Under the pieces are notes generated by a model, which was not told the DNA's origin, ran no database searches, and worked only from the letters and a program-made list of their open reading frames with translations. From an uncultured Fibrobacterota bacterium (GTDB lineage: Bacteria > Fibrobacterota > Chitinivibrionia > Chitinivibrionales > FEN-1185): DNA of 64,000 nt. A program made the translations under genes and the position numbers. Below are positions 42,582-51,852 of this stretch, one piece after another (the first letter of the stretch is position 1; every line of letters starts with the position of its first letter). The stretch spans positions 1 through 64,000 of the forward strand of contig CAVSQB010000009.1 in NCBI GenBank assembly GCA_963729895.1. Reading direction: 5' to 3'.

Positions 42582-43985
42582 TTATACCTTGTTTCCCCTT
42601 GCAGCCGGGCCGGGCATCCGGTGCCCGGGCGCCATGAGACGCTGCGGAGACAGAGCGTCGTCAACAATCGATTTCCCCAATTTCCTTTCGAGAAAACCGC
42701 GGAACGACCTTTCGCCGGATGCGGCAAACTCAGTCACCAGGTTCTGCCCCGCCTCGTAGCCTATTTCCGGCAGAAACGCGGTCACGATAGCAGTGCTCTC
42801 CTCGACATGTTTGCCGCACACATCGGGTCGGGCAACGATGCCGTCAACGTGCCGCGCAAGCATGCGGTCGACTGCAGCGCACACATCCATTGCATCAAGC
42901 AACGCGTGGCCGAGCAGCGGAAGGAATTCGTTGATCTGAAAGGTCCCCATTGCGGCAGTTTCGGTCACCACGGCAACATCGGCCTTTGCCTGAACAGCAG
43001 CGTTAATCGCCGCTTCACACATCACGGGATTTACCTTCCCCGGCATCGCCGACGAACCTGTCTGGACCGCCGGCAGCAGGATCTCGCCGAAATAATGCAG
43101 CAGCCGCAGGTCGCCGGCGATCTTCTGAAGATTGACGGCATGCGCCGCGATCATTCCCGCAACCTCCACGAACATGTCCGCGTTTGCCGTGAGGTCCATG
43201 GCATTTTCCGCCCGCGACAGGCCCAGTCCCGTGGCCTCCCGCAGTTTTTCAATTACCAGAAATAGGTAGTTCGTCGGCGCCGCCAAACCCGTTCCGATGG
43301 CTGTGCCGCCGATCGTAACGACACGCAACCGTTCTTCGCTCTTGAAGGTCCTCCAGCGGTCACGGCCGATTGCTTCGGCAAAGCACGCAAACTGGCTCCC
43401 CAGCGTCATGGGGACCGCGTTCTGCATCTCGGTGCGGCCAATCGTCACGATGCGCGAAAACTCATTCTCCTTCTTCTGAAATGATCCCTGCAGCAACGCC
43501 GCCGCTTCCGATAGTGCGCGAAGCCCGTTGATTGCCGCTACTTTGAGCGCAGTAGGATACACGTCGTTGGTTGATTGATGCAGATTGACGTGGCTGAGGG
43601 GGTGGATCGTTTCGTAATCCCCCTTGGGCTTTCCAATCAATTCCAGGGCGCGGTTGGCCACCACTTCGTTGACATTCATGTTGGTCGACGTGCCGGCCCC
43701 GCCCTGGAGAGCATCCAGCACGAACTGCCCGGCCAGACCGCCGGCGATAATCTCGTCGCAGGCCGCCGCAATCGCGCCCGCCTTCCGCACCTCCAGATAG
43801 CCGAGCTGTGCATTGGCGGCGGCGCACGCCTTCTTGACATTTGCAATTGCCGCGACAAGTCCGGGGTGCACGCGCCGTCCGCCCAGCACGAAGTTCTCGT
43901 GCGCGCGAAGCGTGTGGATTCCCCAATATGCCTCGGCCGGAATTTCGCGTTCGCCGAGAAGATCATGTTCGGTGCGGGTTTTCAT
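42582..43985 (-). CDS. aspA: aspartate ammonia-lyase
   Basis: QGGAGTSTNMNVNEV, QSTNDVYPT, GRTEMQNA, GSSAMPGKVNP. Confidence 0.9.
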   Translation of the reverse strand: MKTRTEHDLLGEREIPAEAYWGIHTLRAHENFVLGGRRVHPGLVAAIANVKKACAAANAQLGYLEVRKAGAIAAACDEIIAGGLAGQFVLDALQGGAGTSTNMNVNEVVANRALELIGKPKGDYETIHPLSHVNLHQSTNDVYPTALKVAAINGLRALSEAAALLQGSFQKKENEFSRIVTIGRTEMQNAVPMTLGSQFACFAEAIGRDRWRTFKSEERLRVVTIGGTAIGTGLAAPTNYLFLVIEKLREATGLGLSRAENAMDLTANADMFVEVAGMIAAHAVNLQKIAGDLRLLHYFGEILLPAVQTGSSAMPGKVNPVMCEAAINAAVQAKADVAVVTETAAMGTFQINEFLPLLGHALLDAMDVCAAVDRMLARHVDGIVARPDVCGKHVEESTAIVTAFLPEIGYEAGQNLVTEFAASGERSFRGFLERKLGKSIVDDALSPQRLMAPGHRMPGPAARGNKV

Positions 43986-43988
43986 GGC

Positions 43989-44249
43989 CTACTCGATCCC
44001 GTTCTGTTTACCGAGCATCGATTTCACCGAAACACCCGTGAGCGTCCCCAGCTTTCCCGTGAGCGCGCCCACATGGTCGGTGGTTGCGTCCACCACGAGC
44101 ATGATCACGGAATACTGGTCGCGCACATGCGGCACGCCCGTGCGCACGACGATCATGTCGCCGAATGCCGACAGGATCTTGTTGACTTCGTCCGCCCACT
44201 TCTTCCGGTCGTGGATTATTATTCCGACGAATCCGACGCGCTTCTCCAT
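43989..44249 (-). CDS. TM1266 family iron-only hydrogenase system putative regulator
   Basis: KRVGFVGIII..VNKILS....IVVRTGVP..GALTGKLG.L.GVSVKS; GGAGG RBS; first gene of the maturation operon. Confidence 0.85.
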   Translation of the reverse strand: MEKRVGFVGIIIHDRKKWADEVNKILSAFGDMIVVRTGVPHVRDQYSVIMLVVDATTDHVGALTGKLGTLTGVSVKSMLGKQNGIE

Positions 44250-44276
44250 TGTTCCTCCTTCGTGCGAGACGCCCGA

Positions 44277-44325
44277 CAAAAAAATCCCGCCTCCGGCTCC
44301 CCGTGAAGAGCCGAAATCGGGATTG
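44277..44325 (-). terminator. premature terminator in the leader of the maturation operon
   Basis: Minus strand AATCCCGATTTCGGCTC-TTCACGGG-GAGCCGGAGGCGGGATT then a U run; G-U pairs form only on the minus strand. Confidence 0.7.
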
Positions 44326-44450
44326 CTATTTGAAATGGAATTGTTCTTTTCACCGGTAACCCTTGGCCTTAGAGCCGTGCTCCGCATCCTCAGGAAATTC
44401 TTGCTTGCGAGGTCTGCGCCTCAGAAGCATCACAGTGGGTTCAATCCAGG

Positions 44451-44550
44451 TTATATGTGACTGTTTTCACATATAATGCTTCATGCGCATACATGCATTC
44501 GCTAATAGTATACCACGTTTTTGGCATGAAGTCAATATTTATTGTGAAAT
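44451..44550 (-). promoter_or_regulatory. promoter and Rex box of the hydrogenase maturation operon
   Basis: TTGACT(44535)-17-TATACT(44512) with extended TG; palindrome TTATATGTGA-CTGTTT-TCACATATAA (44451-44476); half-site TTGTGAA at 44542. Confidence 0.75.
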
Positions 44551-44672
44551 ATATGATATTAGTTTCCTGATCAATCGTAGAGCCGTGGCAACCTCCGGCA
44601 TCCTTTCCGCCTGTTAAAGATCCGTAATCACCGGCTTTCACATTTTCCTCTATGATCCGTGGCGCTGCTATT

Positions 44673-44768
44673 ATGTGAAAAGTGTTACGACAAACTTGAC
44701 TGTCACGGTATGTTGACCTATATTACATCGGAATGAGAATTCAGCAACTTTTGTGAGAAGGGGAACAT
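44673..44768 (+). promoter_or_regulatory. promoter and Rex-like boxes of rex2
   Basis: ATGTGAAAAGTGTTACGA (44673); TTGACT(44696)-17-TATATT(44719); TTGTGA half-site over the RBS (44751). Confidence 0.6.
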
Positions 44769-44769
44769 A

Positions 44770-45399
44770 ATGATCAGCAACAAAAACTGCATTATTCGCC
44801 TCTCCCGCTACAAGAATGCCCTTGTCCGTTTCAAGACTCTGGGGTTCATCAAGATCTTTTCGGAGTATCTCGCCGATGCGGTGGGCGGAACTTCCGCCCA
44901 GGTACGCAAAGACTTTTCTCTCTTCGGAATTTCGGGAAACAAGCGCGGCGGGTACCAGATCGATGCGCTTATCGCGAAACTCAACGACATTCTTGGAAAA
45001 AACGAGATCCAGAAGGTGGTGCTTGTGGGAGCGGGCCAGCTCGGATCGGCCCTTATCCGGTACAACAGTTTTGAAAAGGAGGGCATCAAAATTGTCACGG
45101 CATTCGACATCGATCCAGCGAAGATCAATGCCAAGGGTCCCACGCCGATTCTGGGTATTGACGAAATGGCAAAGTACGTTCAGAAGAACGGCATCCGCAT
45201 CGCCATACTCACGGTTCCGGACGTTGCGGCCCAGCAGACCCTCGACATGCTTGTCAAAGCCGGAATAAAAGGCGTACTCAACTTTGCGCCCATTGAGCTG
45301 AAGGGTACCAGCGATTGCATCATCAACAACGTGAACCTTGCCGTGGAACTGGAGAATCTCATCTACTTTGTGAACGTGAGCGCCAAGGCTTCGGCATAG
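44770..45399 (+). CDS. rex: redox-sensing transcriptional repressor Rex, paralog 2
   Basis: RLSRYK, SAQVRKDFSLFG..G..GGY, GAGQLGSAL, AFDIDP, ILTVP, GVLNFAP. Confidence 0.93.
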   Translation: MISNKNCIIRLSRYKNALVRFKTLGFIKIFSEYLADAVGGTSAQVRKDFSLFGISGNKRGGYQIDALIAKLNDILGKNEIQKVVLVGAGQLGSALIRYNSFEKEGIKIVTAFDIDPAKINAKGPTPILGIDEMAKYVQKNGIRIAILTVPDVAAQQTLDMLVKAGIKGVLNFAPIELKGTSDCIINNVNLAVELENLIYFVNVSAKASA

Positions 45400-45466
45400 G
45401 GACATTCCATCCTGTCCATCCGCTCTTTTCGTCCGCAATGGGGAATGCCGCACCACCAAAGGCCAC

Positions 45467-46315
45467 TTAGAGGCCTTTATCCTCAATTTCCTTGATCTGC
45501 GCATAGCTGAACACGGGCCCGTCCTTGCAGACGTATTTGCTTCCCATGTTGCACCTGCCGCATTTGCCGATGCCGCAACTCATCTTCCGTTCCTGGGACG
45601 TGATGATGGTCTCCGGCGAAAAACCGAGCGTCAGCAACGGCGGGATGGTGAATTTGAGCATGATGGGCGGTCCGCACACAATGCAGGAGGCATTTGCGGA
45701 TGATGGGGCGACCTGGCTCACCACCGCAGGGACAAAACCTTCGCGGCCTTTCCACGATGCGTCGCCTTTGTCGACGGTAATGTGGGTCTGAACATCTTTG
45801 CGCTGCTGCCATTGCCGGAGCTCCGGTTTGTACAGGAGCTCGCCCGGGCTGCGCGCGCCGTAGATAACGGTGATGGCGCCGAACTGCGTGCGAACGGAAT
45901 CATCCAGCAAATAACGGATGGTCGCCCGCAGCGTGGTGAAGGCAAATCCGCCGCCGACGATCACGACGTTCTTTCCGGTCAGGTCTTTGAGCGGAAAGCT
46001 GTTTCCCATCGGGCCGCGCAGGCCGACGATGTCGCCCTCCGACAGGTCGTGCAGGGCATTTGTCACCACGCCGGTCGGGTAGCGTTTTACCGTGAATTCA
46101 ACATACCCTTTGTCAAGTGGTGACGAGGCTATTCCTATGGGGATTTCGCCCGCGCCGGGCACCGACAGCATGGCAAACTGGCCGCACTCGTGGCTGAAGC
46201 CGTTGCCGTTGCAGAAAACAAGGCGGAACGTCTTAAGGTCTTTTTCGTCGTTTTCAACGACTATTGTCTCGATGCGCGCCTGCACCGGGACATAGGGATT
46301 GCCGCTCGTGCTCAT
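45467..46315 (-). CDS. FlxA/AsrB-like FAD/NAD(P)-binding [2Fe-2S] subunit
   Basis: GQFAML, GEIPI.IAS, RGPMGN, GGG, CGPPIM, ERKMSCGIGKCGRC, CKDGPVF. Confidence 0.85.
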   Translation of the reverse strand: MSTSGNPYVPVQARIETIVVENDEKDLKTFRLVFCNGNGFSHECGQFAMLSVPGAGEIPIGIASSPLDKGYVEFTVKRYPTGVVTNALHDLSEGDIVGLRGPMGNSFPLKDLTGKNVVIVGGGFAFTTLRATIRYLLDDSVRTQFGAITVIYGARSPGELLYKPELRQWQQRKDVQTHITVDKGDASWKGREGFVPAVVSQVAPSSANASCIVCGPPIMLKFTIPPLLTLGFSPETIITSQERKMSCGIGKCGRCNMGSKYVCKDGPVFSYAQIKEIEDKGL

Positions 46316-47319
46316 GAATTCACCTTGGCTATGGTCTCTCTTATGTCAATATTGCTGGGGCAGTGCTCCACGCAGCGGCCGCACCCGACGCAAAACACGG
46401 CGCCGAAGTTCTCGGGAGCATACGAGAACTTGTGCATCACCCGCTGGCGCATGCGCTCGCCTTTTCTTGCACGCGGGTTATGGCCCGAGGCCTCGCGCGT
46501 AAACGAAGGGAACATGCACGCGTCGTGCAGCCGGATTCGCGCACTCGCGCTCCCCCGCTTTTCCTCGTACAAATCGAAACAATGACAGGTTGGGCACAAG
46601 AAGGTGCATGCGCCGCAGCTCAGGCACGTCTCGGCGAGCTCCTCCCAGAACCGGGAGTCGTTTCTCTTCTCCAAAGCTTTGGGGGCACCGCTCACGGCGA
46701 CTGTGGAAATCCGTTTGGCAGATTCCGACTCCTGCCTCTTCTTGTTCTGCAATTCATGCGCCGTCGGCGCACGGAATAAAGCGCTGTTCTTCTTGAGAAA
46801 GGCCTCGCCCTTTTTCGTTACCGGCTCAAACAGAAGCGACGCGGCCTGGCCGGCCGCCGCAATATCCGCCCCCGCTGTTGCGGACGGGCCGCAGCCCGTG
46901 GACATGCAGAAGCATGCCTCGCCGGGTTCGCTGCAGGCGAGGGAAATCACCAGCGCACTGTCCCTTCTGGCCTGATAATACGGATCCGTGTACGCGGCGT
47001 CGCTAAACACTTTGTCAAGGTACGCAAGCGCCTGCCCGTCGCAGGGACGCACACCGAAAATCACGCTTGCCTGGCCGCGGACCGGTTCTTCGGAGACCTT
47101 TGTACCGTCGAATCTGGTGATCACTTCGCATTGCGGAAAAAATTCCCGCTTCGGAGGCAGCTTGAAATTGGCGTAGTCCAGCACGATGTCGCTCTTCGCA
47201 GACAACTCGCCCAATACCGTTCCGTTTTCGGTGGCCACCGGCCCCAAGGCCTTGCCCTGCTTGAGCATGGCCCCGACGAATTTCTTGAGGTTCTTCTTGT
47301 CCAGCGCAACGGAAACCAC
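46312..47319 (-). CDS. FlxB/AsrA-like 4Fe-4S dicluster protein
   Basis: FGVRPCD, DPYY, CFC, CLSCGACTFLCPTCHCF, CVGCGRCVEHCP; GTG start with GGAGG. Confidence 0.85.
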   Translation of the reverse strand: MVSVALDKKNLKKFVGAMLKQGKALGPVATENGTVLGELSAKSDIVLDYANFKLPPKREFFPQCEVITRFDGTKVSEEPVRGQASVIFGVRPCDGQALAYLDKVFSDAAYTDPYYQARRDSALVISLACSEPGEACFCMSTGCGPSATAGADIAAAGQAASLLFEPVTKKGEAFLKKNSALFRAPTAHELQNKKRQESESAKRISTVAVSGAPKALEKRNDSRFWEELAETCLSCGACTFLCPTCHCFDLYEEKRGSASARIRLHDACMFPSFTREASGHNPRARKGERMRQRVMHKFSYAPENFGAVFCVGCGRCVEHCPSNIDIRETIAKVNS

Positions 47320-47320
47320 T

Positions 47321-48235
47321 CTATTTTTCCTCCGGATCGGTAATGAAACACTGGCTGTCGTCCTGTGCGAACGTGTTGAGCATAGGCACCTCGTCACCGG
47401 CCGTTCCCGGCACGCTGCCGAACAGCTCCTGCGCATCGCACACAAGTTTCTGGGTGAACCGGCGCAGGTCTATTCCCATGGGACAGGCATTGACGCATGC
47501 GTCGCATGCAACGCAGCGGCCGGCCTGATGGAACATTCTCCCCATGTGGAACACGATGGTTTCAGAAAGCTCGTTGGCCGGAGACACCCACGACGGCTTT
47601 CTCTGGTCCGCAAAGCATGTTTTGCAATAGCAGTTCGGGCACGCCTCGCGGCATGCGTTGCACCGGATGCACTTTGAGATTTCTTTGACAAAGGCCTTCC
47701 ACCGCTCTTCCGAAGACTTTCGCGCGAACGCCTTGACGCGCTCATATCCCGGCTTTGCCGGCTTCCGGCTTTCACCGGCTATGGTTATATCAGCATTCGT
47801 AACCGTCGGGCTCACGCATTCCTGGCAGGCGCGGGCGACTTCTTCCTTCTTGGGCTTTGCGCCTTTGTTCGAGGCAGCCATTCCGCTGCACGGCATGCCG
47901 ATAACAATGAGATTCGCCTTGGGCACCTGGTTTTCCTTCACAAGACCGGAAACCGACCGGCTGTCGCAGCCCTTGGCGATAATTGCTATGTGCGGGGGTT
48001 TGTACCCGTCTTTGGGTCGTGCCGGTTTTTCAAAAAGGCTTGGCAGGAATGCGGCCAGATTCGCCGTGCAGAAGCCGTTCCAGACAAGATGCTCCACGTC
48101 CGCCGCGCTGCGGGCAAAATACGGGCGCGATGAATTGGGAAGGGACCCTCTTCTGAAGCCCACGACCACGTCCACCTTCTTGTCGTCGAACAGCCTCTTC
48201 GCCGCCGCTTTCATCTTTCTTTCTTGGTCCTGCAT
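47321..48235 (-). CDS. FlxC-like 4Fe-4S protein
   Basis: KGCDSRS, GMPC, CIRCNACREACPNCYC, GRCVACDACVNACP. Confidence 0.82.
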   Translation of the reverse strand: MQDQERKMKAAAKRLFDDKKVDVVVGFRRGSLPNSSRPYFARSAADVEHLVWNGFCTANLAAFLPSLFEKPARPKDGYKPPHIAIIAKGCDSRSVSGLVKENQVPKANLIVIGMPCSGMAASNKGAKPKKEEVARACQECVSPTVTNADITIAGESRKPAKPGYERVKAFARKSSEERWKAFVKEISKCIRCNACREACPNCYCKTCFADQRKPSWVSPANELSETIVFHMGRMFHQAGRCVACDACVNACPMGIDLRRFTQKLVCDAQELFGSVPGTAGDEVPMLNTFAQDDSQCFITDPEEK

Positions 48236-48265
48236 CCTTACTTCTCTCTTGCTGTCAATGTTACG

Positions 48266-48718
48266 TTAACAAGCGTTCGCTGCGGCTCTTTCTTTCCTGG
48301 CTATCTTCTTTGATGTCGTAAGGCTGCGAACGTCGTTCACCACCTTTTCGATGAGCGAAGCAAAACGCCCGCCTTCCGAGGCCGACACCCATGAAAACTG
48401 CACCCGTTCCGGCTCGATCCCCAGATATTCCAGAAAGCTCTTGAGCATGGCGAATTTACGACGCGCGACCAGGTTCCCGGAAATGTAATGACAGTCTCCC
48501 GGATGACAACCCGAAACAAGAACGCCGTCGGCCCCTTCCTGGAGCGCCTTGATAATGTAAAGAGGATCAACCCGGCCCGAACACGGTACGCGGATCACAC
48601 GCACGTTCGCCGGATACTGCAGCCTGCTCACGCCGGCAAGGTCCGCCCCGGCATAGGAGCACCAGTTGCACAAAAAGGCGACAATGGTCGGTTCTCGAAT
48701 TTCCGTTGATTTAGTCAA
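48266..48718 (-). CDS. mvhD: MvhD/FlxD-type [2Fe-2S] subunit
   Basis: FLCNWCSYAGAD, RVPCSGR, GCHPGDCHY..GN, WVSASEG. Confidence 0.9.
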   Translation of the reverse strand: MTKSTEIREPTIVAFLCNWCSYAGADLAGVSRLQYPANVRVIRVPCSGRVDPLYIIKALQEGADGVLVSGCHPGDCHYISGNLVARRKFAMLKSFLEYLGIEPERVQFSWVSASEGGRFASLIEKVVNDVRSLTTSKKIARKERAAANAC

Positions 48719-48739
48719 TTACTCTCTCCTCAAAAAGGC

Positions 48740-48812
48740 TTCACCACGGAGACAAACATCCAACACGATTTTGCTCTTCTTCTTCTCTGCGTTCTCCGTG
48801 CCTCCGTGGTGA
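48740..48812. repeat. gene-less element with inverted TCACCACGGAG-type arms
   Basis: TTCACCACGGAGAC ... TCTCTGCGTTCTCCGTGCCTCCGTGGTGA between hdrA and mvhD. Confidence 0.7.
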
Positions 48813-48819
48813 TTTTACT

Positions 48820-51800
48820 TCATATCGTTGCGAGCATGCTCAATATCTGCTCGTTCCTGAACCCGTTCAGGTCTATGGCACCCGCTCTGCACGATGCCGC
48901 GCATGCGCCGCACCCTTTGCATAGCGCCTCGTTGACAACTGCAATGCCCTTCACCGGATCGAGCTCTACGGCGCCGTAGGCGCATACGGCCACACAGGTT
49001 CCGCACCCGCTGCACATGTCCGCCCGGATGGTTGAGATCTTTCCCTCGGACTCAATTGACTTCTTAGAAAGCACGGTGGCCGCCCTCCCTGCCGCCGCGC
49101 GCGCCTGCGCAATGGTCTCCCCGATGTCCTTGGGATAATGGGCCAGGCCGCACACAAACACGCCGTCGGTGGCGAAATCGACCGGCCGCAGCTTGACATG
49201 CGCTTCGAGAAAGAAGCCGTCGGATTCAAGCGGCACCTTAAAGAACTGGGACAGCGCCTTGTTGTCGGGATTTGCAACGATGCCCGCGCTGAGCACCAGG
49301 AGGTCGGGCTTTATCTTTACGGTCCTTCCAAGGATCGTATCGTTGACCGACACAACAAGATCGTTCCCGAGTTTCTTAACCTCAGGTTTTTTGGCTGCAT
49401 CAAACCGGATGAATAGCACGCCCTTCTCGCGCGCGAGCCGGTAATATTTCTCCCGCAAACCATAGCTTCGGATATCCCTGAACAGAAGGTAAACCGCAGT
49501 TGCGGGACTCCGCTCTTTGATCGCTATGGCGTTCTTGAGCGCGTTGGAACAGCATACGCGGCTGCAGTAGTCGCGCGTTTCATCGCGGGAGCCGACGCAT
49601 TGAATCATCACAACTGATTTCAGATTGCCGATTGCGGATTGCGAATTGTCGGCCGCGGTCTGTTCATGGTCCGATCCCGGGTATAGCATCGCTTCGAACC
49701 GGCGCTGGGTAATGATCCGTTCATCCTTGCCGTAAAGGTAGTCTGCCGGCTGAAGCTCATCGGCCCCGCTGGCGACAATCACGACTCCGTGATCGATTGG
49801 CGCACCGTTGCCTTCGAGCTCGGTGTGGAAATTACCGACATAGCCGGATACTTTCTTGATCTTCGAATTCAAGTGCGTCTTGATCTTCGGGTGATGCGTC
49901 ACGTTCTCAATCATATGGCTCAACTCGGGTCTCGTCGCTTTTCCGGAAAGCGTTGAGCGCACGTGCAGCAGGTTGCCGCCGAGCTCGCCTGTTTTCTCCA
50001 GCAGGGTGACGTTGAAATCCTGATTTGCGAGGTCGAGGGCGGCCGTCATGCCCGCAAGGCCGCCGCCGATGACCAGCGCGCCTTTGGTCACTCCCATGCT
50101 CTTTTTATACAGCGGCGCGGCAAGCTTCACTTTCGCAACGGAGGCGCGAACCAGATCGCAGGCCTTGCGCGTCGCGTTTGCGGACTCTTTCTGGTGCACC
50201 CATGCACAGTGTTCGCGGATATTGGCGAAATCAAAAAGATACGGATTAACACCGGCCTCTTCGAGCGTCTTTTGGAACAGCGGCTCATGGGTGCGCGGGG
50301 TGCACGCAGCCACCACAAGCCTGTTGAGCCTGTGCTGCTCCACTGCGGCCTTGATTGCCTTTTGTGAATCCTGCGCGCAGGAAAACATGAGCTCACCGGC
50401 GAATTTCACGCCGGGCAGGCTTTGAGCGTAGTGCACCACGGCCGGGACATCCACAACGGAGGCTATGTTGATGCCGCAACGGCACACGTACACGCCTATC
50501 CTCGGCGGCTCACCGCGCAAATCCTTCTGTCGGGGGAGATCTACCTTTATCTCCTTGACCGGCACATTGCCAAGCGTTGATGCCGCAGCCGACGCAGCGC
50601 CGCTCGCCTCGATTACCGATTCGGGAATGTCCTTGGGCCCGCTCACGCTGCCGCACACAAAGATGCCTGCACGGTTTGTGGAAACGGGTTCCATTGTGTC
50701 AACGCTCACGAAACCGGCCGCATCGATCCGGACGTTCAGGCTGCCGGCGGCGGCCATGGACGACACGGACGGTTGAATGCCGACCGACAGCACGAGCATG
50801 TCGAATTTCCGGGTGGAGACTTTTCCGTCCTGCGTGATGTAATGAATGGTGAGGTCGTTGGTGACAGGGTCGCTTTCCACGGACGCAATGCGACCGTTGA
50901 TCAGCGTGGTGTCGTGCCGGTCCCGAGCCTTGTCGATAAACCGGTCGAAACCCTTGCCGTATGCGCGTATGTCCATGTAGAAAATGGTCGTCTTCGCTTT
51001 TGGCAGGTGCTCCTGGGTGATGATCGCGTCCTTTGCAGCCTGCATGCAGCAAATTGCCGAGCAATGTTCGTTTCCGGCCGAGATGTCCCTTGAGCCAACG
51101 CACTGGAGTATGGCTATCCTTGCCGGCTCTTTCTTGTCCGACGGCCGCAGGATATGTCCGCCCGTTGGGCCGGACGCGCTCAGAAGCCGTTCGTATTCGA
51201 TGCTGGTGACCACGTTGGGAAACACGCCGTATCCGTATTCGCCCTTGAGCTTCGCGTCGAACTCGGTGGTTCCGCAGGCAAGGATCACCGATCCCACATC
51301 GACGGCCATCGCTTCTTCTTTTTGTGTAAAGTCAATGGCATTGGTGCCGCACGACTTCTGGCACAGGCGGCATGTGCCCTTCGTGAGATACAGGCATTTT
51401 GCGGCATCAATAACCGCAACCGCGGGAACAGCTTGCGGAAAAGGAATTCTTATGGCCTTGGTCTGGGACAGGCCTTTGTTATAGGGATCGGGAACCTTGA
51501 CGGGGCACTTGGTAACGCAGATACCGCATCCGGTGCATTTACTTTCGTCAACATAGCGTGGCCGCCTGCGAACTTTCACGGTGAACCTGGGCGGCTCGCC
51601 CTCGATCCCGGTGACTTCGCTGTTGGTCATGATGTGCAGGTAGGGATGACCGCCTGCCTGGACGAGTTTGGGCGAAAGGATGCACATGGCGCAGTCGTTG
51701 GTGGGAAACGTCTTGTCGAGTTGCGACATGCGCCCGCCGATGGATGGCCCGGTTTCCACCAGAAACGTTTCAATGCCCATGTCGGCAAGATCCAATGATG

Positions 51801-51849
51801 CCTGGATCCCCGCTACGCCGCCGCCGACCACCATCGCCTTTTTATGCAT
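48820..51849 (-). CDS. hdrA: heterodisulfide reductase subunit A-like protein (tandem two-FAD form, 1009 aa)
   Basis: GGGVAG, LDKTFPTNDCAMC, inserted ferredoxin domain, QCVGSR..CS.ICC twice, ACTPRTHE, NIREHCAWVH, GGGLAG, C-terminal CSGCGTC/CKGCGAC. Confidence 0.92.
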   Translation of the reverse strand: MHKKAMVVGGGVAGIQASLDLADMGIETFLVETGPSIGGRMSQLDKTFPTNDCAMCILSPKLVQAGGHPYLHIMTNSEVTGIEGEPPRFTVKVRRRPRYVDESKCTGCGICVTKCPVKVPDPYNKGLSQTKAIRIPFPQAVPAVAVIDAAKCLYLTKGTCRLCQKSCGTNAIDFTQKEEAMAVDVGSVILACGTTEFDAKLKGEYGYGVFPNVVTSIEYERLLSASGPTGGHILRPSDKKEPARIAILQCVGSRDISAGNEHCSAICCMQAAKDAIITQEHLPKAKTTIFYMDIRAYGKGFDRFIDKARDRHDTTLINGRIASVESDPVTNDLTIHYITQDGKVSTRKFDMLVLSVGIQPSVSSMAAAGSLNVRIDAAGFVSVDTMEPVSTNRAGIFVCGSVSGPKDIPESVIEASGAASAAASTLGNVPVKEIKVDLPRQKDLRGEPPRIGVYVCRCGINIASVVDVPAVVHYAQSLPGVKFAGELMFSCAQDSQKAIKAAVEQHRLNRLVVAACTPRTHEPLFQKTLEEAGVNPYLFDFANIREHCAWVHQKESANATRKACDLVRASVAKVKLAAPLYKKSMGVTKGALVIGGGLAGMTAALDLANQDFNVTLLEKTGELGGNLLHVRSTLSGKATRPELSHMIENVTHHPKIKTHLNSKIKKVSGYVGNFHTELEGNGAPIDHGVVIVASGADELQPADYLYGKDERIITQRRFEAMLYPGSDHEQTAADNSQSAIGNLKSVVMIQCVGSRDETRDYCSRVCCSNALKNAIAIKERSPATAVYLLFRDIRSYGLREKYYRLAREKGVLFIRFDAAKKPEVKKLGNDLVVSVNDTILGRTVKIKPDLLVLSAGIVANPDNKALSQFFKVPLESDGFFLEAHVKLRPVDFATDGVFVCGLAHYPKDIGETIAQARAAAGRAATVLSKKSIESEGKISTIRADMCSGCGTCVAVCAYGAVELDPVKGIAVVNEALCKGCGACAASCRAGAIDLNGFRNEQILSMLATI

Positions 51850-51852
51850 GGG

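Noticed and set aside
44330..44440. T-box or SAM-I riboswitch call
   Set aside because: AAGGGTTACCGG only resembles the T-box GGTGGNACC core, and SAM-I conserved blocks are absent; kept as an unassigned leader
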